The notes under the pieces are model-generated. The model saw nothing but the letters and a program-made list of their open reading frames with translations. It was not told the origin of the DNA and made no database searches. Position numbers and translations under genes: made by a program. DNA of 63,496 nt, the filler included, from Globobulimina sp. (Eukaryota), in assembly GCA_003354225.1 (NCBI GenBank). It is 40 parts of 40 records of this genome, joined end to end, with 100 filler letters (N's around TTAATTAATTAA, not from the genome) between each part and the next. Parts side by side here need not be neighbours in the genome. Positions count along the whole stretch, not along the records: positions 22,275 to 23,765 come from PIVH01015852.1; positions 23,866 to 25,355 come from PIVH01015853.1; positions 25,456 to 26,945 come from PIVH01015854.1; positions 27,046 to 28,535 come from PIVH01015855.1; positions 28,636 to 30,125 come from PIVH01015856.1; positions 30,226 to 31,715 come from PIVH01015857.1; positions 31,816 to 33,305 come from PIVH01015858.1; positions 33,406 to 34,895 come from PIVH01015859.1; 32 more parts are not named here. One strand, given 5' to 3'. Below are positions 22,990 to 36,753 of this stretch, in pieces. Each line of letters opens with the position of its first letter. Position 1 is the first letter of the stretch.

Positions 22990-23865
22990 ATATATATATG
23001 ATTTATTTTTGATTTTTTTTCGACGACAGATTGAGAAATCGCCTGTTTAAACTAAGATAGCATATGCATATGTTACATAGATGTTTCGTATAGAAACTGC
23101 TGTCGTAGTTTAAAAATCCAATCTCGGCTAGAAGAGACTGAAAAAGTGACATGCTTTTAATTGTTAAAGCTCAGGACAGAACTTAGTTGGCTTTAGTCAA
23201 TTAGTTAAAGTTTTGACTAAAATCAATTCAAACACATTTTGACTAATTCAATCACAATTTATCATGGCGCAGTCTTATCATATCTAATATCGATCGGTTT
23301 ATTCGTTTGTTACGTATAGCGGTGAAATAAATGCTGTTACGACGGGATGTTTCCTCCAATCGCACAGTAATTACCATCTATTGCATCATACCATTATTCA
23401 TGGGACATTTAATTATTTGCATAAAATATTATTTAAGATATTAAATCAGTTTATCATTAAACCATTAATTACACCTAAAATCAAGCATAATCACATCAAA
23501 TATTGTCGTAAATGGTTATTGTTGATTTAAGTTGATTTGGCATGTTTTATTCACTCATTCATGCGATGCGAAATCATTATCATTAATTGTCTATAAAATG
23601 GAGCAAAGAGCAAATGTAAAAGTTTCATATGGAAATTGTGTGATTTTTCCACGAGAATAATGCATATAAACATAAGTCGGTTCACAGGCCCCAGTAAAAA
23701 TACCATAGGATTTTTGGAGATTTGGAATTGGATTTTCGAAGGAAAAATGGATCATACTCATCATANNNNNNNNNNNNNNNNNNNNNNNNNNNNNNNNNNN
23801 NNNNNNNNNTTAATTAATTAANNNNNNNNNNNNNNNNNNNNNNNNNNNNNNNNNNNNNNNNNNNN

Positions 23866-25355
23866 CTTTATTGACGGGGACGAAGCCAAGGAAGACGGCG
23901 ATACTTTGGCTCCGTTGGCGAAGAGCATCGATTTTGCGGGCAATCGGCGCAAAATGAAGCAGGCGGACATTGTGTTGAATTTGTTGGGTAATAATAGTGT
24001 GGATAATAAGTCCCAACTCAGAGCTGTAGAGTCTGCAATCAATTATAACAATAATTTGATTCAAGGTCCACCAGGCACCGCTAAAACAGAAGTTGCTGCA
24101 ATTGCAGAACCAGGAGCCGCTAAAACAGAATATTATTTGCAGTCTCACCAATCAAATATATCTCAGGCCATTCCAAAATCTGCGCAATTAATTCAAAAAT
24201 ATATAGCTGACTCAACATGTATGTCCGTGCAAACTCAGTGTAAATTTTAATTATAATAATAAATATAATAAACAGTGATAACAACGGGTTTTAGTGTTGG
24301 TTTAATATTTTATTATTGGCCATATTATTCATCGCAAAAAATGAAAGCAAACGATTATTGGTTCAATATTAACGATCGCGGAGGATACGAAATAGCTGAT
24401 TTGTGCATTAAACATAAATGGAAAAATTTAAAACTCGAATTATTAAATTGCGGATTTTGTTCACTTCAAAAATATCGACAACACATTGCTTTAAAAGCGA
24501 AGAAATACAGTGTTTCGAGACGAGTAAAATCGACAAAAGCAGCCGATCGCGATAACGAACTTCATTATGGAATAAAAGCTGGCGCAGCAATGTCGAGACA
24601 AAATTTGCAATCAATTATTTGTTACTGTGATTTTACTGAATTATCTAAAGAATTCACGAGGACCTTTCGTCCAATACATAGAGGCGAACCGTTAATATCT
24701 ATCAAATTACGCAATCAAAATTGGTTTTGGTTATCCAAAATAATAACGGAAACTGTCCAATATTTTGGAATTAATGGTGATGACGGATGGAATGGGAAAC
24801 AAAAACACGAAAAGGGACCGTTTTTCTGTGGCATGTCTACCAAAATGATAATACCCGCATTTAATGTGAGATTATGTTGTCCGACGTCAACATCAAAGCA
24901 ACGTCAAATAGCAGAACGATTTGCGGGAAGCGGAGGAATTGTAATTCAATTAAACAACGACGGAGATGAAAGAAGTCGAAATGGTTTGTATTTTTTTGAC
25001 TGTTCCTGGATTTCAAGGCATATTCAAGAGGACGAAAGACTGTTTGTCGGCGGTGCCTGGACCATTAGAATACAGTCAATAATTGTTATTCGCACATTAA
25101 ATAATTATGAAACGTTATTCCATGCTCTGTTTTATTTGGATGCAATGATTAGTGGCTCAGATATTGAATTTGCTTGTTATCATATTAATGATAATGATTT
25201 TATTGTTTTACAAAAATTAATCGGTTTAGAAACTGGAGAGTTTGGAGTTGCAATTGATGGGAAAGACGATTTTGATGAATATATCAGAAACACATTTCAT
25301 TTATTTTGTAATCAAAAGAAAATTGTAACACTTAACTTGCCATATTTGCATAAAT
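23866..25355 (+). CDS. ADP-ribosyltransferase-like (R-S-E fold) protein spliced to an Upf1-like P-loop stub (intron 24219-24275), partial
   Basis: SQLRAV..LIQGPPGTAKT; phase-1 GT-AG splice joins in frame to ...GPFFCGMS...PTSTSKQ..IAERFA..GIVIQL...ISRHIQEDERLF. Confidence 0.6.
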
Positions 25356-25567
25356 NNNNNNNNNNNNNNNNNNNNNNNNNNNNNNNNNNNNNNNNNNNNT
25401 TAATTAATTAANNNNNNNNNNNNNNNNNNNNNNNNNNNNNNNNNNNNNNNNNNNNCATTTCTTCATTTATTGAGACATTTCAAGAATATTTTCATTTTTG
25501 TCCGATTTTTGCTTAATCACACATATGCCAAAAGTGAAGAAAACCCCCTAATTTGCCTAATTTGCAT

Positions 25568-25678
25568 ATCGGTATTTATCGGTATTTGACATACCGACAA
25601 CCGATAATACCGATACCGATAAAAAATACCGAAATTATCGGTTATACCGATAATACCGACATATCGGTTGCATCCCTA
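25568..25678. mobile_element. hAT-type transposon end with ACCGA(T) subterminal repeats
   Basis: More than ten ACCGA/TCGGT motifs ending in GCATCCCTA. Confidence 0.7.
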
Positions 25679-25859
25679 ATCTGAATTGCTGAATTTGAAT
25701 TCTGAGTCACTCGACTTAAAAAGGGAGTTTTTGCGTCTGCCCTGGGAATCGTTCCTCCTAAACGGTTGAATAAATAATAACCCTATTGGAAAAGAGCATT
25801 AATTCGACTCTCTCGATTATATGTCTTCTTTTCATTCTTCTCTTACAACCTTAATGCAA

Positions 25860-26474
25860 CATCATTCATCAACTCGTTTCAGGCTATAAAATGTGGTGAT
25901 GTACGGGTTGTTGCCGTTAGAGTTGATTTGTACCAAGTGTCATATTATTGTCATCAGCCATTCAATAAACTTCCTTTGAGCCGAAACGCTGGATTATTGG
26001 TTAGTGTATTTTTATTTCATTTATTTTTTCATGGCACAATCAAAAGTCGCCAACAATTGGGCTAAAATTTCAAAAAAACTCCCAAAAATCAGAATAACCG
26101 AAAAAGTGTCTGATTGAACTTCAATTGAACCTCTGAATTTCGATTGTATATCCCCAGTACAGTACCTATATGACAGTACAGTACCCCAGTACAGTACCTA
26201 TATGACATTATGAGGCTTTGGAAGTAGTATCTTCGAGGCATATCATTCATCAACTCGTTTCAGGCTAAACTTGAGTTCCCATGTGGTGCTGTATTATGAG
26301 TTGTTGCCGTTAGAGTTGATTTGTACAAAATGCCATACAGTACATTCAATAAACTTCCTTTGAGCCGAAACATATTGGTTAGTGTATTTTTATTTCATTT
26401 ATTTTTTCATGGCACAGTCAAAAGTCGCCAACAATTGGGCTAAAATTTCAAAAAAAACTCCCAAAAATCAGAAT
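25860..26474. repeat. ~230-bp imperfect direct repeat (25860-26095 and 26241-26474)
   Basis: ATCATTCATCAACTCGTTTCAGGCTA...CCCAAAAATCAGAAT present twice. Confidence 0.9.
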
Positions 26475-27334
26475 TCTTATTTAGTTTGGTCTTTTTTGTT
26501 CTTTGTAGTAGTAACAGTTATACAGTAGTATTGTACCGTAATCATGTCTTTCACTTAATAAGTCATTGTGAGATGTGTTTGTTTACTGTAATATACAGTA
26601 TTGTACCGTAATCCTGTAATATACAGTACCATTCATCCTATTTATTTACCTATAAACCACCAGAAATTAGCATTTTGCGTTACTGTATGAGATCGAAATC
26701 ATCCAAAATATGCACTTTAATACGTAAACCACCAGAAATTAGCATTTTGCGTTACTGTACGTATCTTGGGCAAATTAGTATAAGTTTGACGACAGAGCAT
26801 GATCCGTTTGAAAGTGGTCATATTTTCCTCATTTCAACAGTGTTGACTAAACGAGTTGACCAATAATGTTGCACTGAACTTGTATAAGGAGTTCAAGAAT
26901 TCAAACAACGATAGAGCTTGACTTTTCGACAATGTTGCATCGAATNNNNNNNNNNNNNNNNNNNNNNNNNNNNNNNNNNNNNNNNNNNNTTAATTAATTA
27001 ANNNNNNNNNNNNNNNNNNNNNNNNNNNNNNNNNNNNNNNNNNNNCCGCTAAATTAAATCTGATGCGGCGTCGCCTAAATCCCCTCCCATAAAAATCTCA
27101 ATAATTATTTGCATCGCTTCTGGCGACGCAAAATGCCTCTCCTTCGCCTCCAAACCACCAATAATATTAAACATTAATCGCCGCAAAATGCATTTATTTT
27201 CCACAAACAATTACGTACATTGAAAGCAACTAATTAAGGATGGGTATGTTACTTACGTTGTTTGTTCATGATAGTCAACATCCCAATTATGCATACAACT
27301 ACACACAGAAACATTATCCTCCGCTTTATTAATC

Positions 27335-28535
27335 ATGGTAATTTTTTTAATAGTTTTATTATGCATTCTCATTGTAATATTATTAAAAATGTGGTCATCG
27401 ATTTCAACACTTAAAATGCATGCAACTGGCATAGATAATAAAAATTTAGCATCATTGCAATTGGTAGCTCCACCAAATCCTAACAACTCCCCTTTAAAAG
27501 TAAGGAGTGGCTATTCAGTGATAACCAATTGGACGAGAGGTGAATTGATTGGTCGCGGTGGATTTGGTAATGTTTTCTTAGCGATTGACAGAAACACCGG
27601 AGCTCTTTTTGCAACAAAACAAGTCCCATTCCTTCGCGACATATACGGACAAAGGACATTTAAAGACAAAATAGACGCATTACGCCAAGAAATCAAAACT
27701 CTGTCCACATTGTCACACGTCAACATTGTGCAATATTTGGGCACATCCAAAAGCAACAAACATTTGTATGTTCATTTGGAATTTGTTGAAGGTGGCAGTT
27801 TGGCACAACTAATTTCTGAATTTGGTGCTTTATCACTATCATTAATACAGCATTACACCCATCAAATACTAAATGGATTAGAATTTCTTCATTCAAAAGG
27901 ATTGGTCCATCGAGATATCAAAAATTCCAATATTTTAGTGTCAAAAAATGGGTGTTGCAAACTGGCAGATTTTGGCTGCGTGAAACATTTGGAAGAATTA
28001 GGCGAACGCTCATCGTATACCGGCACCGCTATTTATATGTCACCGGAGTCGCATAGACAGAAAGATGTGTGCTTCAAATCTGACATATGGTCATTTGGCG
28101 TGACTTGCATAGAAATGGCTAATGGTGTTGGTCCGGTATGGGCCGGATTTAGCAGATATAAATTGTTTGTTTATATTTCTGGCACGAAATTCGACCCTCA
28201 AATACCTGAATCATTAGGCCCGGATGGTATTGATTTTGTGAGGTTGTGCTTGATGCAGAAACCGGAGAATCGCGCAGATGCAAAGACGTTGTTGAACCAT
28301 CCGTTTATTGTCAACAAACAACAGGAACTCACTCGATGTCAAAGTATGAAAATGATTACCAGCGACTCCTCGTTTTATGCGGGCTTACCAAATATAACAA
28401 GGTATGTATCGGAATCAGAGAATGGAGATGGAGACGAAGAGCAAGAATTGGATGACAAAAATGAAGTTAATAAAGGAAATAAAGCGCTGCTGCCACAAAC
28501 CTCCGCTGTTAATAAAGTGCAGAGGGCACGTTCAA
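27335..28535 (+). CDS. STE11/MEKK-like MAP kinase kinase kinase, 3' partial
   Basis: WTRGELIGRGGFGNV, ATKQV, EFVEGGSL, HRDIKNSN, DFG, YMSPE, SDIWSFG. Confidence 0.92.
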
Positions 28536-28635
28536 NNNNNNNNNNNNNNNNNNNNNNNNNNNNNNNNNNNNNNNNNNNNTTAATTAATTAANNNNNNNNN
28601 NNNNNNNNNNNNNNNNNNNNNNNNNNNNNNNNNNN

Positions 28636-29884
28636 ATTTTCGTCTTTAATATATTTTACCAAACAGTTTGTGAATTGAACCAGTTCCACAAAACATAATA
28701 TCGATTCACTTGAGAATTCTCTGTACATCCATTCTATAAATATCTCAAATGTTTTCTCATGTTTTAATGTTTCAAACAGATGGCGGTCGACACCAATCTC
28801 TGCATTCGCATTTCCTGCATTTTTGGTATCAATGACCTTTATGTCCATATCATGTATTTCAGCCATTGCGATGGCACTTTTATTTTTCAACACATCTCGA
28901 GATGATTGTTTCCACGATTTTAATGACAAAATCTTTCTGGGGATTAATACTGTGCTTAATAATGAAGGCGGTGCTGCGACAACAATGGACAGCAACGTGT
29001 TTATTGTATGATTAATTAATACGAAACCTATGTGTATACAATGTACTATGTGACAGTGTAGGAACACAACAATTTGCAGCGTTTCTAGAACAAACATTGG
29101 CAGTCGGTTTCAAATAGCTACGTTTCTGTACATGTACATACATTTAAAAATGTACCTACATACCTAAGAAAAACACGATTTGATTTAAAAAATACAAAAC
29201 CAAGGATACAGCAGATATGCATGCAGTTATTCTAAATTCGTAATGAAAGAAAAAGTTATCATTGGTATCTTTTGGCAATTTATAATATAGATAAATGAGC
29301 ATAAGTACCGGTGCTGAATATATTACACCATCTACGAAGCCAAAGAAATGTAAATGTTGAAATCCAAAAACGGTATAAAATAAAATGAGAGGAATTGTTG
29401 TAGAAATTACGAAAAACACAAACATTCGAATGATTACATATTTTTTATTGCCATATTTTTTTCGATTTTTCAGATACCAATCTTTTTCAGCAAATGAGTG
29501 ATTAATTTGTGATTTCCATTGTTCATTTTTAGATGAATTAAGATAATTTAATCGATATGAAACTAACCATAGACGGCCAACTTCAATGACTGAGATAAGA
29601 TGAAGGCCGACATTCCCACAAATCCATCCTATGATATGTACATATTTCATATTTTCGCCAAGACCAAAATCTGTCGCTTTGAGTAATACATTGTTCCATA
29701 ATGGATTCAATATAAATAAATGAGTTATTACAACAATAGCTTCAATTTTGATTAGTTGTGGATATCGTTTCTTTACAATAACTAGATTGTTTATTGAATG
29801 GAAACAGTAGTAACCATATAATTGCAATATACCTAAAGTATATGCGATGGTTGTCATTCCTATGAAGAGTTCAAACTCATACAT
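28636..29884 (-). CDS. Multi-pass (7TM-like) membrane protein with C-terminal RGS domain (intron 29028-29163), 3' partial
   Basis: About 7 hydrophobic helices, KKRYP after TM1, then FEIFIEWMYREFSSESILCFVELVQF (RGS box). Confidence 0.75.
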
Positions 29885-30225
29885 GGAGATTTAGATAATA
29901 ATTGTATTTTAACTTAAAGACTTGTCATACTCTAAATTTAGAATTAAAATATCTATATTATTCATATTTTAGCAGAAATTTTGCTAAGTACTGTTGGATA
30001 TGTATCCAAAGACACTAACGTACTCAGAAGTGCCCCAAAACCACATACGTGTAACTTTGTGTATACCAAAACTATTAATTTGGTTCATATTTGGAGACCC
30101 AAATTTAGACGGTTAGCTATTTGATNNNNNNNNNNNNNNNNNNNNNNNNNNNNNNNNNNNNNNNNNNNNTTAATTAATTAANNNNNNNNNNNNNNNNNNN
30201 NNNNNNNNNNNNNNNNNNNNNNNNN

Positions 30226-31493
30226 AAAGGTGTACGCAGAGCAATATGCAGAATGCAAATCCTTTTCAACCATTTGGGAGGATGCAATTGATAGGTTTTC
30301 CAGTTACATTTCGTTTGGCAGAGTGCACGCAGTCAACCATGTGAGCGTAGTGCGGCGATTAGGGGCCACAGTCCGTGATTATCCGACCGTATTATCGTAC
30401 GTAGATGGCAGATATTTCCAGACCTATCCAGCGGTGCGGAATCCCAATAAATTTTTTGATTTCATCCATGAGGATTATCCCACACATCATTTATGGAAAG
30501 GGGATGAAACTAAATTGAATGCAATATATCATAAATGGCAGGCATCGGACCCAAAATTGCCACTAATTATGGTAGCAACCAAGAAAATTAATCCATCATT
30601 GTTGGTGTCATGGATTGCCAAACAATACGATGGCATCATTAAATTTGTTCATTTGTATCCCAAACCTGGCTCTAAAACCAATGCGAAGGTCACCAAACAG
30701 TCGACGGGAAGGATTAGATTTTTATCCAGCGAATTGAAGCAGGTGTTTGGCGTGAAAAAGTTCAACGATTATCCCAAATTGATTACTATTTGTATGTGTT
30801 TCTGGTGTCTGGTTTGCAAATATGTTGTTTTTGTTGTTGTTGTAAGCAGCGTCGCAAGGCGATGCAGAGGTGATTGATGAGAAGATTTCAAAGCATAATT
30901 TGAAGAGTTTTATACGGAAATATGTGCAGAATCTGGTGCCACGGTTAAGGCCGTGGTCGTATACGACGGTGTGTGGCGATCATGATATTTATTGTATGCT
31001 ATATGTGGTTGGATGTGATGGCAAGGAAAATCGACGGGGATTGAAGAGTTTTATTAAATTGGCTAAGAAAACATTGCCAGTTTAGCTATTTGTCTTTATG
31101 GTTATGCTGTTTTTTTGATGATGTATATATAATATATAGCATATACAAGATATTGAAGAGAATTATCATCCAAAATGGGTACAATTTGGATATATTGATG
31201 TGTTACAAGATGCTTTATTGGAACCTTTGTGTGGGAATAGCAATAATACGGAATTGATATTGGTTTTTGAAGCAGAGACTATGATGCAAATTATACCGAA
31301 ATCTGTAGTAAAGGAGTTTGACAGTCAGTTGTTGTTCGAATATGTAGAGTCGATATTAAATCATGAATCAGCTGAGGTATCGATGGATGCACCGAGGATT
31401 ATACCACCTCCACCGCCAGGAAAGTCTGTGGTGGATGATGTGGTGGAATATTTTGAAGAGCTTGATTGGAGAGATAAAGATTTGCAGTTAAAT
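30226..31493 (+). CDS. Thioredoxin-fold protein, DNAJC16-like, with short introns, partial
   Basis: VYAEQYAECKSFSTIWEDA..FGRVHA..DYPTV; three ORFs joined by GT-AG introns. Confidence 0.6.
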
Positions 31494-32253
31494 GTACCAA
31501 TAAAAACACGATAAGGAACAAACCTGTAATACTCATTAAAAATTTTTGTCCCACCGAGGACTTGAAAAATCCACTCATAAGTTTAGGTTTTAAAGAATTA
31601 ATTCATAAATACTTTTAGAAATTAAGTAAAGTAGGCACAAATGTACATGCTTAATGCTGACTATACAATCCCTGCATTTAGAATGAAATAATCAGCACTC
31701 TAGTCTACTCTCTTANNNNNNNNNNNNNNNNNNNNNNNNNNNNNNNNNNNNNNNNNNNNTTAATTAATTAANNNNNNNNNNNNNNNNNNNNNNNNNNNNN
31801 NNNNNNNNNNNNNNNTGAGTTGTTTTTGTTGTTTGTGTGGAGCTGGAGAATGATTTGAATTGTGGAGGATTGTTTAGATCGCGCATTAGGTCATCGATGA
31901 GCGCGTATATTTTCTGAGCAGTCTATGTATAGCAATAAGGTCAGTGTATTTTTGCGGAATTGTGCAGTGTGTTAGTCTGTGTACTATACCATGATGCTGA
32001 AATAGTGGGTTTGATGATAAGTTATAAGTTGGTGTGGTTTTAATGATGGTGGTAGATTACGCGTGAATATTGGTGACGATAAATAACGTTTTGTTTGTGA
32101 TAAAAGTGTTGATGAAAATAGGTTAGTTTTTCGAAGCATGAATCAACAAAAACATTTGGATTAAAAACATTTTGAATTTTAATTTTTTGGCGACAAACAT
32201 AATCTTATTATACAGTACACGGTAAAAGCAAGTATCAGATTATTATATAGATT

Positions 32254-33305
32254 TTATTCACAGTTAAATGTTAATGTTTGTTGTCCATTGCCTCGCATAA
32301 TAATAGTGGGTGGTAATTCTTTTTGATTCGACATAATTTTCAATATTGCCATGTATTGATTTGGTTTAATAAATTTATTTGGAATTGGTAGCGTCACAAT
32401 GATCATTGATGAATTATACGAATATTGAGTTAATAATTCAGATAATCGTAACCAACGACATATAACATTGGCTCGTATTGCATTTTTTATTTTACTTTTT
32501 GATTTGGTTTCAAATTTTAATAATGTTTGTTCATTTATATTATTATTTTTTATACAAATAACTCGCGGTTCAGATTTAAAGGGCAATCTAAATTTTTTAA
32601 TTAAATCTTTTATTTTGCCTTGTTCGTAATGTATCGAATTATATTTATTATTCTCATCACTTATCACATTTATCCGTACTGTACAATGTCGAAAAAACCT
32701 ATGTAAGCACATAATATACGGCAACAATAATATTAATCCGCCATCGTCCACCAACCACCAAATATCAATAATATTATCACAATTATAAATGTCATATCTA
32801 TCCAAAAACCAATCTATTTTGTTACCATCATTTTTATTAAAACCACAAGGTATCATCACACCATATCCGCTTAACAGTACATATACGCAATTAAATAATA
32901 TATATCATATTACATAAATTGCATTATTTAATTGCGTACAGTGTACGTGTTGTACCTTAACAACGCATCTCGTAATATCTCCACATATTCATTATTCTGA
33001 ATGTCATCATCAATGTCATGCGACATTGCTATAATCATTGTATTGGGTTTTAAGACACCAATACCCGTCGTTTGCAAAGCAGTTTGTACGCCGGTCCTAT
33101 ATGAATTGGATACGATTTTGTTTAAGAAACCATTCACTCGTTTTCCTTTATGTTATATTTTATGTGGCTATGATTGGTAAAATAATGCATATATATACCT
33201 TTGAAATGCGTTCTCGAGGATATATGCGTCCGCACCGGTAAATATCCGGAATTATTATACATCGATTCCCTCTCCAATTTATTTATTTTATTCAATAAAT
33301 TTGTA
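32254..33305 (-). CDS. SLC12 cation-chloride cotransporter C-terminal domain (introns 33146-33198, 32870-32955)
   Basis: LQTTGIGVLKPNTM, IDIWWLVDDGGLILLLPY, IVTLPIP, PTIIMRGNGQQTLTF. Confidence 0.92.
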
Positions 33306-33405
33306 NNNNNNNNNNNNNNNNNNNNNNNNNNNNNNNNNNNNNNNNNNNNTTAATTAATTAANNNNNNNNNNNNNNNNNNNNNNNNNNNNNNNNNNNNNNN
33401 NNNNN

Positions 33406-34895
33406 ATGGTGTGGAGCTAAATGAAGAAATATTACCATCCATTGTCTACATGTATCCGTTGCATATAAATAACCGCAAAAATGAGCTGTCTTGGCAATGG
33501 AACCATGGCTACAATGAATGGGATCAGAGAGTTATTGTGGACGGCAAAAAAAAAATAGTAAATACTATAAAAAGTATATTTAATTTTTTATGGCCCACAC
33601 AGCCATTAAACGATGTCATTGAATACTTCGGCGAAGAAGTTGGTTTTTATTTTGCTTTTGTAGAATATTTTATAAAATGGTTATATCTGCCAACCATTGC
33701 GGGTACTGTGATTTTTTTTGTTCAGTTAACGCAATATGGTACCAATACACATCAATGCAATACTTTAGTAAACGAAGCAGATCAGAGCAATATATTATCA
33801 TTTGATATTCAAACCTGTGAGTCCATATTGCCTTATTTCAGTGTTTTTATGTGTATTTGGACCACCACATTCATACAATTTTGGAAAAGAAGGCAGATAT
33901 CATTAGCGCAGCAATGGGGAGTATTAAATTACGAAGAAAAAGACCACAAAGCGAGGTTAAAATATCGCGAGTCCGATGATATGTTATCCAGTTCTTCGAT
34001 TAAGAAGAATCTGAAAATCCGCGCCTGCAAAGTTATAATCACAACACCGATTATATTTTTATTAGTGATATCTTGTGTTGTGTTTATGTTTTGGTTCTTG
34101 TATATGAGAGAATCCATCGCCAACTCGGTCCTTTCGCACAGTTTGCATACGTTGCTATGGGGCTTAATAGTTCCGTTATTGTCTGGTTTGCACATTAAAA
34201 TTTGTCAATATTTGAATGATTGGGAGAATTGGAGAACAGAGTCAGATCATTATAAATATTATACTGCCAAAGTATGTTCCTTATTATTAATAAATACATT
34301 CGTTGCCATGTATTATCTGTGTGTTTTTCAACACTCGTTACCGGCCGTTGCCTTTCAAGTGGCGACGTTTATGTTTTCACGTTTATTTTCAGATATTTTT
34401 GTTTCAATTATTATTATGCCCTATGTCCGTAAGTATAAATTAAATCAATTTGTTAAAAAAAACAAAAAGTTTGAATATGATCGCGCATCGATACACAATC
34501 CGTATGATGCGACCACTGCTCCGTCAGATATCGATGAGCGTGATGATGTACTGAGTGTCATGTCCGGTGATAACAAAAATAAAAACAAAACAGTTATTGA
34601 TATGACTGGTGATTATGCGTCAATTAAAAACTCCGAACCATGGCACCAAGCATTATCTCCGCAATATGACTCTTTTAAAAATTATTGTTTCTTAATATTA
34701 TTTTTTGGCTATGTCTCCAATTTCAGTGTCGCGTTTTGTTTGGCACCGTTAGTTACATTGATTGGGATGTTATTTAAATTGCAAAGTGACCGATTTCATT
34801 TGTGCTGCAACACACAAAGGCCGCTTCCGCGAAGAGTGTCGGGTATTGGTATTTGGTTAACTGTATTAGATCAAATGTGCACGTTTGCCATTATT
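33406..34895 (+). CDS. Anoctamin/TMEM16 family protein, partial
   Basis: YPLH, QPLNDVIEYFGEEVGFYFAF, FWKRRQ, LNDWENWRTES, FGYV..F...F.LAP, QRPLPRRVSGIGIW. Confidence 0.93.
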
Positions 34896-34995
34896 NNNNN
34901 NNNNNNNNNNNNNNNNNNNNNNNNNNNNNNNNNNNNNNNTTAATTAATTAANNNNNNNNNNNNNNNNNNNNNNNNNNNNNNNNNNNNNNNNNNNN

Positions 34996-35645
34996 TCATC
35001 AGCGTGGTTATATAGAGCACCGCCACAATATTATCAAGCAAAAATTGAGTGGAGACGGGATCTTTTAAATGCACCGCATATTAACTATTTATGTAAAACG
35101 TTATTAATGAAAAATATAAGGTGTATTTATGACAATTGTGATGATCCTACAAATTCATTGTATTACTTGGTCATATTTGTATGTTTGTTTTGTTGATAAA
35201 TATTTGTTTTTGGTACAAGGATATGATGTGTTGTTTTTTTGTGTTTTTCTTTTTTTAGCAATATGTTACTCGGATTAATTCGGAGAAAATGATGAAATTT
35301 GTACGTAAAATATTTGAAAATAAAGTTGGGAAAAAAAAATTTAAATTTAGATTAGCATCCGGCGATGAAAATGCATTGGAAACAGGTTTTAAACATAATG
35401 CAGTGACACCGATTGGTATTAAAAACAAAAAAATACCAATTATTTTGAGTGATAGATTGAAGGAATTGGATCATTTTTGGATGGGCGGTGGCGAATTCGA
35501 TGTAAAATTAGCTGTTGATACAAAGGAATTTATAAAAATATATCAACCATATGTTGCTGATATTGTATATGATGGATTTATTGATGCAAATGAGGTCCTC
35601 GACGACGAGGAGGAAGATAATGTAGCCCACTTAACTGACAAATAG
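34996..35645 (+). CDS. YbaK/prolyl-tRNA editing domain protein (intron 35179-35258), 5' partial
   Basis: LCKTLLMKN, YYLVIFQY, FRLA, TGFKHNAVTPIG, FWMGGGEFDVKL. Confidence 0.85.
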
Positions 35646-35807
35646 CTACTGATTGTTATTAGCGAATAGCTATTACTGATATCAATTAATTATATCCGTA
35701 TAAAATGCAGTAAACGTAAATCGATCTTAAATCACAACAAAAAAAACTTGCTTTAGTAGCTTTTAATTTCGGTTTCAACAATATATAAAAACCCAACCAC
35801 ATCAAGA

Positions 35808-36419
35808 ATGGCAACAATGCAAAACAAATGTATAGATGCAATCTATAATGAACTGCCCAGAAAAGATCGCGTGAAAGGGATTAAATTTTATTTGTTTATC
35901 GTAAATAATATCGTCACAAAACCAAACGAAAAGAAATGGCAAATCGTTCAATACGATAAAATTTACAAAAAATTCCATAAACGTGATGAATTTATCCAAT
36001 TATTGCTACATTCCGGTTTTAAGAAACGCACAGCGCCAAAATCACTTTTATGCTTCAATATGAAGCATATAAAACTTTTAAAGAACTCCATCAAACTATT
36101 AATGGAACAAAGAGATATCGCTAAACAACATCAAATAAGTTCGAGCTATGAGGCTGGCACACTGCATATAACTAATATAAGTTCACCAAAATGTATTTGT
36201 GGGAAACGTTTGATTAAAACCACAGCACAAACTTATGGTGATTTGCAGACAGTACTCTGCGATAATTGTTTCGTAGAATGCAAAGGTAATGATATCGTAT
36301 ATCATTGTGACGAAAATAATGAATGTTCAAAGCACAAATATGGCTATGATTTATGTGTAAACTGCATAGGGTTTCGACAAAGAGTTCGAACCAATTCAAC
36401 ACGGATCAGACAGGTATGA
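35808..36419 (+). CDS. PUB-domain protein with C-terminal Cys/His zinc-finger
   Basis: IVNNIVTKPNEKKWQ..LLLHSGF (PUB); CICG..CDNC..YHC..H.YGYDLCVNC; probable donor at ~36414. Confidence 0.7.
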   Translation: MATMQNKCIDAIYNELPRKDRVKGIKFYLFIVNNIVTKPNEKKWQIVQYDKIYKKFHKRDEFIQLLLHSGFKKRTAPKSLLCFNMKHIKLLKNSIKLLMEQRDIAKQHQISSSYEAGTLHITNISSPKCICGKRLIKTTAQTYGDLQTVLCDNCFVECKGNDIVYHCDENNECSKHKYGYDLCVNCIGFRQRVRTNSTRIRQV

Positions 36420-36585
36420 GGCATATAGTTATTTGAATCAAACTACATTTTAATGTGTTTTATAAATAACTTTAAAAAATATACANNNNNNNNNNNNNNN
36501 NNNNNNNNNNNNNNNNNNNNNNNNNNNNNTTAATTAATTAANNNNNNNNNNNNNNNNNNNNNNNNNNNNNNNNNNNNNNNNNNNN

Positions 36586-36745
36586 CGAAATCGGTGCGCT
36601 CGACCTGATCCATCAGATCAGGCACGCGGCCGGGCTTGTGACAGAGGATGCCGTCGAACTCATACATCGAGCGGATTTTCATCAGGCAATCCGCCCACAG
36701 TTCGTTATCAAGAAAATATTCGATCGGATGCACCCACGTTAACAT
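36586..36745 (-). other. GC-richer bacterial-like coding fragment abutting AT-rich eukaryotic sequence
   Basis: Abrupt composition shift near 36745; VHPIEYFLDNELWADCLMKIRSMYEFDGILCHKPG. Confidence 0.45.
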
Positions 36746-36753
36746 CATATAAT

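Noticed and set aside
23165-23215. AGCTCAGGACAGAAC plus hairpin, resembling a tRNA 5' half
   Set aside because: No T arm or acceptor pairing
26150-26760. TACAGTAC-type repeats and a 34-bp direct repeat (26654/26726)
   Set aside because: Only two copies plus simple repeats; no spacer array or cas genes
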